From: an uncultured virus (IMG/VR IMGVR_UViG_3300042881_004430)
Lineage: Duplodnaviria; Heunggongvirae; Uroviricota; Caudoviricetes
Strand: one strand, 5' to 3'
Virus record (IMG/VR): IMGVR_UViG_3300042881_004430
Location: 1-64,000 of that record
DNA: 64,000 nt
A program made the translations under genes and the position numbers. This document shows, one piece after another, positions 56,441-64,000 of the stretch (position 1 is its first letter; every line of letters begins with the position of its first letter). A model generated the notes under the pieces. The model was not told where the DNA came from and ran no database searches. It saw nothing but the letters and a program-made list of their open reading frames with translations.

Positions 56441-56508
56441 ATAGTCCCTTACTAATATAATACACATAGAAAAAGAGTTTTCCATTCCCATTAACTGATT
56501 AAATTTTT

Positions 56509-56847
56509 ATGATACAAAAAATAAACGCCTTCTTATTTCGAGGCAAGATAGACGAAATAAACTCTAGAATTTGCGTCTGCCTTCGAAAAGATGGCGCATG
56601 GGATGAAAGCTCTACGTTTTACATCTCTGGTGAATTTAAAGATGCCGAAGATTATTTGAGTGATAAGCATTTTAATGTAATGTTTGCAAATTATATTGAA
56701 GATGCCGAAGGAAATTTTACGATAGAGCAATTTAATCCCTTGACTTTGGAGGATGAATCCCAGACAGTAGAGGGACTTTACCTTCAGAAGAAGTTTTTCT
56801 CGACGGTTGAAGACGGTTATCAGAAACTATTAAATACTAACAATTAA
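56509..56847 (+). CDS. hypothetical protein
   Basis: ORF track. Confidence 0.5.
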   Translation: MIQKINAFLFRGKIDEINSRICVCLRKDGAWDESSTFYISGEFKDAEDYLSDKHFNVMFANYIEDAEGNFTIEQFNPLTLEDESQTVEGLYLQKKFFSTVEDGYQKLLNTNN

Positions 56848-56848
56848 T

Positions 56849-57052
56849 ATGGCGCACTTAATCAAAGTTCACGCACTTGACCTGAATCACGATAATGGAA
56901 AGGATTATATTCCTATTCTTATTAATTTAGATGATGTAACGTCTATAGAGCCAAGCAAAGTCCACACTATCATTTATACTAATAATGGCAGTGCTGGCGG
57001 CATCAAAGTCAAAGAAAGCCTCGACCAGATCCTCAACTTGTCGAAGAAATAA
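56849..57052 (+). CDS. FlbD/SwrD-like small protein
   Basis: ILINLDDVTSIE..TIIY..VKESLDQI. Confidence 0.55.
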   Translation: MAHLIKVHALDLNHDNGKDYIPILINLDDVTSIEPSKVHTIIYTNNGSAGGIKVKESLDQILNLSKK

Positions 57053-57068
57053 ATTTTCGAAAAATCCC

Positions 57069-57097
57069 TTGCGCTCCGCTTTGGCCTCGCCTAAAGT
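57069..57097 (+). promoter_or_regulatory. sigma70-like promoter TTGCGC-N17-TAAAGT
   Basis: 17-nt spacer upstream of rIIA. Confidence 0.5.
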
Positions 57098-57131
57098 GTC
57101 CCTGTCGGTAGGAACTCAACACTTGTAAATC

Positions 57132-59318
57132 ATGCAAATTGCTCCGAAAAACGAGAATTCTGTGCTGCTGTCGGACAACTTCAAGTCCGTATCTTTCGGC
57201 ATCAAGCAGGATGGGCTTGCCCATATCTTTGGCGTTCTCCGCAACCAACTGTACTCTGACAAGATCCTTGCGGTCATCAGAGAATATTCCGCCAATGCCT
57301 TGGACGCAAACGTCGAGGCTGGCAGCGACAAGCCCATAGTCGTCACCGCTCCCAACCCTCTTGATCCAGTCTTCAAGGTAAGAGACTACGGCTCCGGTCT
57401 CAATGAAGATGAGATTCGTGACATTTACTCCAACTATGGAGAATCTACCAAGAGAAACTCTAATAAGTTAATTGGTCAGCTTGGGCTTGGTTCCAAGTCA
57501 GCTTTTGCTTATGGCGACAACTTCCTTATCAATTCTTTTGTGAATGGTAAGAAGGTCACCTACAATGCTTACATTGATCCTACTCAGATTGGCATGATTG
57601 CTAAGATGTATGAGGAGGATACTTGTGAGCCGAATGGAGTTGAGATTTGCGTCCCTGTCAAGTCTAAAGACATCTCCTCTTTTCATTCAAAGATAAAGGA
57701 GTTCTTTAAGTATTGGAATCCGATCCCTGATGTTAGGGGCATCGAAGGTTTCCCCGCTGAAAACCCTGCTCCTGTTATTGAGGGTTCTAATTGGAAGTAT
57801 TTTGTTAATAATAAAGGCATCACTTCTTCTCCTGTTATTGTGATGGGAAACGTTGCTTATCCTCTCGTTCCTAATGAGGTATCTCAGGAGTTTGTTGAAG
57901 CTTGCAATCAAAAGACTTTTTACGCTCCGATGTTGAGTGGGTTTGTCTTTTATACTGATATTGGAACCCTTGAAGTCTCTGCTTCCAGAGAAGATCTTCA
58001 GTATACTGATTACACCAAGAAGAATATTGGCAAGATCTTTAAAGCTTTCAATGATGAACTTGTTTCAAGAGTCAATGATAAGATAAATTGTGCCAGCAAC
58101 CTGCTTGAAGCCAAGAGAGTCTATAAAGATTTCTTTGGAGATCTTTTTGGTTGTTATAGTGCGCTGAGTTTTCTTTCTAAAGAGTGTAATTGGAATGGGC
58201 ATGAAGTAGACTCTCCTATTGTTGAATTTATCTTTTCTAAAGATGAATGCCTTGCTGATGGAAAAGAAGCTGCTTCTATTAACTGCTATGGATCAACTCG
58301 TCGCTCTAGGAAATCGGTACCCTTTTATTTAGCCAACCGTCTTTCGTCAGAGAAAGAAACATTAAATGTTATTGATGACTGCGATGGAAAGAATCTCTTA
58401 AAGAGAATGCGTCATACCATCATAGACAAAAAGACTTATAAGGAAATTAATGTAATAAAAGTTCGTGACCAAGCTCTTTGGGAGAAAGCTCTCAAGACTA
58501 GAGGTATGGAGAATTATCCTTTCGCCAAACTTTCTGAGCTTGAATATCCAGCCAATATTAGTGAAAAAGTCTCAAATCTATATTCTGGCTCTAAACAGAA
58601 GAACGAAAAGCATACCAAAAAAGCTTTTGTCCTGAACACTTCTATGACTAGTTATTCTCCAACTGCTTCAGACTACTGGGATGCGGCAGTTGTTGACATT
58701 AAAAACGATTCAGGCGTTTGGATTCAAATCGATAGGTTTAAATACGAAGACCAGTCGCTTAATTATTTTAATAAAAATCTATCTTCTTTTGTGTCTGCCT
58801 TGGGAATTACGAACTCTACGCCCAAGATCTACGGCTTCAAAGAAGTTCCAAAAGGTCTAGAAAAGAATGCTAATTTTGTAGAAGTCAAGAAGTGGGTTGT
58901 AGAAACCTCATTTAAGAAATTAGAAAATGACGGCGCAATCAATGAATTCAACTGCTTCTTAAAACTATCTAACTTTGAGCTTCCTTACTCTTATGTTTCA
59001 TTGATGAAGTTTATGAAGTCTATTGAGCATCAAATTCCTGATGATTCAAAAGATTTAAAAAATCTTATCAAAGATTATGAAGAGGTAAGCAACATAATGA
59101 AGAATACATCATTTGCTCAATTGAAGTCTGGTCTTGTTTATTTCAATTGTTATCAAACTTTCTTAGAAAAGCTTTCTTCACAAGAGATTCATCCCTTTAT
59201 TAAGAATATGGAGTCTTTTCTGGAAAGGAATCCTATGCTGAATTATGTAAATGATTCTTACTTTGGTTATATGAGAAAGCCTGAATTCGAAAAGAGCATC
59301 CTGTCCTACGTCAAGTAA
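57132..59318 (+). CDS. rIIA: rIIA-like protein (GHKL ATPase N-terminus)
   Basis: LYSDKILAVIREYSANALDA..VRDYGSGL..YGESTK..GQLGLGSKSAFAY..SREDLQY; followed by rIIB. Confidence 0.88.
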   Translation: MQIAPKNENSVLLSDNFKSVSFGIKQDGLAHIFGVLRNQLYSDKILAVIREYSANALDANVEAGSDKPIVVTAPNPLDPVFKVRDYGSGLNEDEIRDIYSNYGESTKRNSNKLIGQLGLGSKSAFAYGDNFLINSFVNGKKVTYNAYIDPTQIGMIAKMYEEDTCEPNGVEICVPVKSKDISSFHSKIKEFFKYWNPIPDVRGIEGFPAENPAPVIEGSNWKYFVNNKGITSSPVIVMGNVAYPLVPNEVSQEFVEACNQKTFYAPMLSGFVFYTDIGTLEVSASREDLQYTDYTKKNIGKIFKAFNDELVSRVNDKINCASNLLEAKRVYKDFFGDLFGCYSALSFLSKECNWNGHEVDSPIVEFIFSKDECLADGKEAASINCYGSTRRSRKSVPFYLANRLSSEKETLNVIDDCDGKNLLKRMRHTIIDKKTYKEINVIKVRDQALWEKALKTRGMENYPFAKLSELEYPANISEKVSNLYSGSKQKNEKHTKKAFVLNTSMTSYSPTASDYWDAAVVDIKNDSGVWIQIDRFKYEDQSLNYFNKNLSSFVSALGITNSTPKIYGFKEVPKGLEKNANFVEVKKWVVETSFKKLENDGAINEFNCFLKLSNFELPYSYVSLMKFMKSIEHQIPDDSKDLKNLIKDYEEVSNIMKNTSFAQLKSGLVYFNCYQTFLEKLSSQEIHPFIKNMESFLERNPMLNYVNDSYFGYMRKPEFEKSILSYVK

Positions 59319-59328
59319 AATTAATAAT

Positions 59329-60204
59329 ATGAACATCCCATACATCATAACAAACAACTCAATTACCGTTGTTGTCAATGGTAAAAGTTATACGCTGAAC
59401 GACGGGCACCCTAATTATGCCGCCGTCAGACAAGCGGTCGTTGACCGTAAGTTCGATAAGATTGCAACTCTTGTCGATATCCCTGAAGCAGTGCGCCGAT
59501 ATACTTATGGTAGCATTGAAGTTGAAAATGGTGCGATTAAGTACGCTGGTCAACCAGTTCACAACTATGTCTGCGAAAAAATCTTTTCTTTTATGAAGGA
59601 AGGATTGCCTTTTGAGCCACTGGTTGCGTTCTTAGACAAGCTTATGAAAAACCCTTCTAGAAGGGCAGTGAATGAGTTGTATTCATTCCTTGAGCATAAG
59701 GCTATGCCTATTACCCCTAATGGTAATTTCTTAGCTTATAAGTCAATCTCTCTTGATTGGAAAGATCACTATACTGGCACTTTTGATAACAGTGTTGGTA
59801 ATACTCTTGAGATGGCTCGCAATTCTGTTTGCGATGATGCTGAAGTTGGTTGCTCTTCTGGATTCCATGCTGGATCTTTGCAGTACGCTTCAACTTTTGG
59901 AGGAAGCAGCAAGCTTGTAATTGTTGAAATCGACCCCTCTGACGTAGTTAGTATTCCAAAGGATTCTAATTGCCAGAAGCTCCGTACCTGCAAGTACAAG
60001 GTTATTGCAGAATACACTCAGAAGCTTCCTGACAATTATACTGAACAGTATAGCCCAAAAGAAGAGTTTGATAATTATACTGATCCTTGCTACTGTGATC
60101 AGTGTCCCGCAGAAGATGAAAATGAAGACGACTCTGTGCCGATGTCTTTTCATAATGTCAGAGACGAACTGGGACGCTTTACTAAGAAAGTGAAAGTATC
60201 TTAA
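59329..60204 (+). CDS. rIIB: rIIB-like protein
   Basis: NPS.RAVNELYSFL..PIT..G.FLAYK..CSSGFHAG..VEIDPSDVVSIP.D..KLRTCKY. Confidence 0.88.
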   Translation: MNIPYIITNNSITVVVNGKSYTLNDGHPNYAAVRQAVVDRKFDKIATLVDIPEAVRRYTYGSIEVENGAIKYAGQPVHNYVCEKIFSFMKEGLPFEPLVAFLDKLMKNPSRRAVNELYSFLEHKAMPITPNGNFLAYKSISLDWKDHYTGTFDNSVGNTLEMARNSVCDDAEVGCSSGFHAGSLQYASTFGGSSKLVIVEIDPSDVVSIPKDSNCQKLRTCKYKVIAEYTQKLPDNYTEQYSPKEEFDNYTDPCYCDQCPAEDENEDDSVPMSFHNVRDELGRFTKKVKVS

Positions 60205-60274
60205 TGGTTATAGCAGTTTTGCTGCTAATAATGTTCTTAGGATACGTCTCTCAAAGAGAAAAACTGAAGTGAAT

Positions 60275-60316
60275 AAAGGTAGTGGGGCGAAAATCCTGCT
60301 ACCTTTTTTCTTTTTT
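60275..60316 (+). terminator. intrinsic terminator
   Basis: AAAGGTAG..CTACCTTT hairpin followed by a T-run. Confidence 0.7.
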
Positions 60317-60331
60317 AAGATACAATAAGTT

Positions 60332-62134
60332 GTGGAATCTGTTAATTATAAAAATGTACTATGCATTGGCCCCTCTGGCAATTCGGGGAGAGCAATTGCT
60401 TGCAAGAGCTTTATCTATAATTTACTAATTCAAAAGATAAACGTCTCATGGAAGCCTATTAAAATTGACGGCACCACGGAAGGTGATTCCGAGCTAGATT
60501 CCAAAGTAGTTAGAGTTAAAAATGCATTGCTTAAATACTCAGAGGTTGTTTTATGCTCTCATCCAAAGAACTGGAATGCCTTAATAGATTCTAATAAAAT
60601 ACAAGAAGATAAAAAAATTATAGGCAAATTTTCATCTGACATAGACGAGATTAGTAATGAGAATGTATCTTTTATAAATCAAAGCAAGGTACATATCTTA
60701 TCTGTTTTAAATGAAGAAGTCTACGATACGCTAAAAGGTAAGATAACAAAACCAATAATTATTGAAAAATTGTCCTATGTAGTAGACAAGAGAAGCGTAG
60801 ACTACAAGGCTTTTGACAATAACGAGATAATGCTTGGCGATGGATGGTATGAGGTGGAAATGTTTGATAACAAGATGTTTCGATGGACCAAGCCTTGTTT
60901 TTCTATTTTATTTAATAAAGAGATTCCTTATACGCAAATGCGACTAGGATTAATAAATGAATTCAATGACAAAAAAATACTAATCCTTGCAAGGAAAAAG
61001 AATGGGCTTACAAAACAAATCCTCGACAAAAAATATGAAGTTAATGAGAAGATCTCTTTGACTATTGACATTAAAGATATAGAAACTTTAACTTTCAGCA
61101 GCGAAGAGTGTTCTAGTTTTGGCAATGACACAAGACTTTTGTTTTTAAAATTCTACAGTATTATTTTTGAGAACGAAAACTCTATAGACACTATTCCTAT
61201 AATAGATTTAAAAACAGAAGAAGAAACTCGACAAGTAAATTTTATTTTTTCTTCTAATCATGAAGTAACAACAGATATAAAATCTTTATATTGTCACGAA
61301 GAGAAAAGAAGCATAAAGTCTTTTGAAATTAAAACCAAGTTAAAGACTGGCATTATATTGTATTTAGAGAACTTATCTCCAAAAAACCTTCGTTGCTTAG
61401 ATAATCTAACTGCTTATAAAAATTCAAAATATAATGTTCCAATTATTATTTGCTCCGATGCTGATTTAGAAATACCAGATAAGTATAATGTTGAGTTCTA
61501 TAAGTTTGAAATGCCAAAACTAAATGATCGTGGAGCCACTTTTAAAGATAGATATTCTTTTTGGTCATTTGTTGAGTTTATCAGAATAGCTGACCACCTA
61601 GAGTTAGATCATTTCTTAGGGTATGAATGGGATTGCAAGGTAGGTCAAGAGTTATGGTTTGATAGACTATGGGATGACTTTTTATCTTGGGATTCTGAGC
61701 CTATTATAGCTGGTACTCCTGTTATCCGATATCCCATGAATGGTTGCGGCAACTTTTTGCAAGCTTCAACAGAATATCAATATCAATACGCCAAAGACTG
61801 TGGAGTTACCATGTATTTAGACACAGGTGGACCTCATACTCTTTACTGTAACGGTGCATTAACTTTTTACAAAACGCAAAAGATGAAAGAATACTTTGCT
61901 AAAGAGTTAAACTATAAAGCTGGCGACGATTCTTATATACTTAATAATAAAAACGCTTGGGATTTAGAAGTAGGATTAAGAATATTGCAAGACGTAAAAG
62001 ATGACATCTTTAATAAAATAGCATGGATTCCTTCATCATATTCTGGCTTTGGAGACTGTTATTATAATCAGAGACAACGCAATAAGATGCTAGAAACCGG
62101 ATTAAAAGCAGCAATCCATCAATATAAATATTAA
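60332..62134 (+). CDS. multidomain glycosyltransferase-related protein
   Basis: Degenerate GT-B-like N-terminus, GWYEVE..FRWT beta domain, C-terminal YEWDC..CNG..WD..HQYK GT-A-like domain. Confidence 0.5.
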   Translation: MESVNYKNVLCIGPSGNSGRAIACKSFIYNLLIQKINVSWKPIKIDGTTEGDSELDSKVVRVKNALLKYSEVVLCSHPKNWNALIDSNKIQEDKKIIGKFSSDIDEISNENVSFINQSKVHILSVLNEEVYDTLKGKITKPIIIEKLSYVVDKRSVDYKAFDNNEIMLGDGWYEVEMFDNKMFRWTKPCFSILFNKEIPYTQMRLGLINEFNDKKILILARKKNGLTKQILDKKYEVNEKISLTIDIKDIETLTFSSEECSSFGNDTRLLFLKFYSIIFENENSIDTIPIIDLKTEEETRQVNFIFSSNHEVTTDIKSLYCHEEKRSIKSFEIKTKLKTGIILYLENLSPKNLRCLDNLTAYKNSKYNVPIIICSDADLEIPDKYNVEFYKFEMPKLNDRGATFKDRYSFWSFVEFIRIADHLELDHFLGYEWDCKVGQELWFDRLWDDFLSWDSEPIIAGTPVIRYPMNGCGNFLQASTEYQYQYAKDCGVTMYLDTGGPHTLYCNGALTFYKTQKMKEYFAKELNYKAGDDSYILNNKNAWDLEVGLRILQDVKDDIFNKIAWIPSSYSGFGDCYYNQRQRNKMLETGLKAAIHQYKY

Positions 62135-62135
62135 T

Positions 62136-62873
62136 ATGCAGATAAAATTTATAATTAATTCTCACATTGAATATGTAAATAAAACGATTCATAAGATCAT
62201 TCCAAGTCTTTTACAAAGCGGAATTGATCCTAGTTTAATTTACATGATAGTAACTCAATGTAATGAAAACAAAAAAATAGAGAATCAATATGGTATCAAT
62301 TTATATCAAGTTGATCACAACTCTTATGATGCTCATGCTACCTTTCTTTCAGTTTTTGAATTAGGCTTATCTTCTGATTATTGGTTTTATATACATGATA
62401 CTTGTATTGTAGAAGAGAAGTTTTATCAAAAAATAAAAGAATTTGATTATTCTCCAGACTATGATGCAGTACGTCTTTGCAACGAGAATGCTACTATGGG
62501 ATTAGCTCTCTATAAGCATTCTTATATTAAAAAATTTGAACCAACGCTAAGAAAAGAAAAAAATACTGATTACTCAGAAGAGCGAATGAAAATCATGAAA
62601 AGAGATTTCTCTATCATGAGAGAAAATATGTTTATATGGAAGTCAAAGATAAAACATTATATAGGCGACATTCCTATTGATGTTAATAACATTAAGATTT
62701 CCTCATTTAGCAATCCAGAAGATAAATATCCTAAATATCTTGGAATATGTGATTTCTATGGAACGGGTACGCCTAGATTAAAAGTTCATTTTGAAGATAT
62801 TGGAATTTATAAATTTTCTGCTAATTATGGTCAAAATCCACATGAATCATTTGATCATGTCATAAAACTATGA
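62136..62873 (+). CDS. putative glycosyltransferase
   Basis: HNSYD..YWFYIHDTC..FY; YGTGTPR..YKF.ANYG. Confidence 0.55.
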   Translation: MQIKFIINSHIEYVNKTIHKIIPSLLQSGIDPSLIYMIVTQCNENKKIENQYGINLYQVDHNSYDAHATFLSVFELGLSSDYWFYIHDTCIVEEKFYQKIKEFDYSPDYDAVRLCNENATMGLALYKHSYIKKFEPTLRKEKNTDYSEERMKIMKRDFSIMRENMFIWKSKIKHYIGDIPIDVNNIKISSFSNPEDKYPKYLGICDFYGTGTPRLKVHFEDIGIYKFSANYGQNPHESFDHVIKL

Positions 62874-63532
62874 ATATTTATACATTTTATGAACCCGTAA
62901 ATGAATTAAATCACCGTTCTAATGAAAAAATATTAGAAATTTGGAAAAAAAGTTGGGCCTATTATGGGTGGAACCCAATAGTTCTTAATTTAAAAGATGC
63001 AAAAAAACATAAATTTTATGACGAATATAAGAAAAAATGTGAAACATATCCAACATTAAATTTTCAAAGTTATGAAATTTTATGTTATTTAAGATGGTTG
63101 GCAATGGCTGAATTAGGCGGTTGGCATTGTGATTTTGATATCATGAATTATGGATTTGAGCCAGTTGATTATGAGAACAAAATAGTAACTTGCACTCATC
63201 ATAGTCTTGCTGCAAGCACCATTCATCTTCCAAAAAGCGGTTATGAAAAGATATTAAATTTAATATATAATTACGAAATAACAGAAAAAGACATTAATCA
63301 TGAATTAAAAAAATATCATGTCTCTGACATGACTATATTAATAAATTTAAGAAATGAATGCAACATTGATTTATTTCTTGACTGTGAAGCATTTTATTCT
63401 TCATCTTGTTATGGTTACTCACATGAGCATTGGACGAATACGAAATTGGTTCATTTTGCATCAGCTTTTACAAATGAAGAAAAGCTTAAAAAAATTATTG
63501 AATTTGAAAAAACATCTAAATTTTTAACGTGA
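62870..63532 (+). CDS. putative glycosyltransferase (DxD motif)
   Basis: WKKSW..GW..CYLRWLAM..GG..DFD..SDM..VHF. Confidence 0.55.
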   Translation: MNIYTFYEPVNELNHRSNEKILEIWKKSWAYYGWNPIVLNLKDAKKHKFYDEYKKKCETYPTLNFQSYEILCYLRWLAMAELGGWHCDFDIMNYGFEPVDYENKIVTCTHHSLAASTIHLPKSGYEKILNLIYNYEITEKDINHELKKYHVSDMTILINLRNECNIDLFLDCEAFYSSSCYGYSHEHWTNTKLVHFASAFTNEEKLKKIIEFEKTSKFLT

Positions 63533-64000
63533 ATATCTTATTTTATGGTTCTTGTAATGTTTCTGCGCTTGTAGAAAGCATGAATAGTAGAGATTCTATT
63601 TTAGGCAAAAGCTTAGAGTCTCATAGCATAACTTCAATTTTGTGCCAAGATACAAAACTAACGCAAACAGAGTTTTTGCAGGTAATTCAAAAACAGGATG
63701 TCATTATTACCGTCCCCATTTCTAATAATTATAGGAATAGCTATTTTCTTTCAACCGAATTTATATTAAAAAATAAAAACGAGAAAACAAAACTAATAAT
63801 TTTCGTATCTTTACATTCTCATTATTATTATTTTGATTATGGACATATTTTTGAAAAAGAAATTACGATAAATAAACCACATCATTTGCATTTTAAAACG
63901 CTATTTGAGTTTTATAAAAAAGGTAAAACTGGAAAACAATTTATAGACGAATGTGTTTATAATCCAGAATTTAAATCTTACGAAGAATTACATTCATTTG
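63529..64000 (+). CDS. partial WcbI-like polysaccharide biosynthesis protein (runs off the right edge)
   Basis: GTG overlapping the upstream TGA; ILFYGSCN..DVIITVPI..YR..LST..YYFD. Confidence 0.55.
   Translation, partial: MNILFYGSCNVSALVESMNSRDSILGKSLESHSITSILCQDTKLTQTEFLQVIQKQDVIITVPISNNYRNSYFLSTEFILKNKNEKTKLIIFVSLHSHYYYFDYGHIFEKEITINKPHHLHFKTLFEFYKKGKTGKQFIDECVYNPEFKSYEELHSF

Noticed and set aside
1528..62192. Many short antisense or alternate-frame ORFs in the track (e.g. 10836-11315, 17343-17705, 43752-44231, 53940-54329)
   Set aside because: They lie within confidently assigned genes and have no motifs; treated as shadow ORFs
1..64000. Stop-codon reassignment
   Set aside because: Standard-code ORFs tile the window densely, and TAA, TAG and TGA all end conserved genes; no suppressor tRNA seen

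Overview
A 64-kb, AT-rich, gene-dense segment of a large tailed dsDNA bacteriophage using the standard genetic code. The host is probably Gram-negative, since the phage encodes a lipoprotein, an outer-membrane beta-barrel and a sigma54-type promoter. Left to right: (1) + strand tail module (two tail-tube-like paralogues and an 1836-aa IPT/LamG fibre). (2) - strand replication operon: Rad52-like annealase, two glycosyltransferases, putative SSB, a DnaE polymerase encoded in several pieces (PHP, DnaQ-like exonuclease, and a core fractured by a split intein with a free-standing GIY-YIG gene between the halves), PD-(D/E)XK nuclease, primase, DnaB, RecA. (3) An ~10-kb sugar-synthesis/glycosyl-/methyltransferase cluster, whose gmd gene appears to have been replaced by an HNH+gmd cassette that left both ends of the old allele behind. 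(4) nrdJ, a sigma factor and a dNMP kinase. (5) A promoter-delimited, highly structured ~410-nt non-coding region of unknown family (candidate ncRNA). (6) + strand accessory genes: dCMP deaminase, dUTPase, Hsp20, UvsE, two tRNAs each abutted by an endonuclease gene, a putative lysis cassette, RuvB, an OMP, rIIA/rIIB, and a second glycosyltransferase cluster running off the right edge. Three promoter classes are visible: sigma70-like, one sigma54-like, and a recurrent GTGTA motif. All family calls come from motif recognition by eye; no searches were run.
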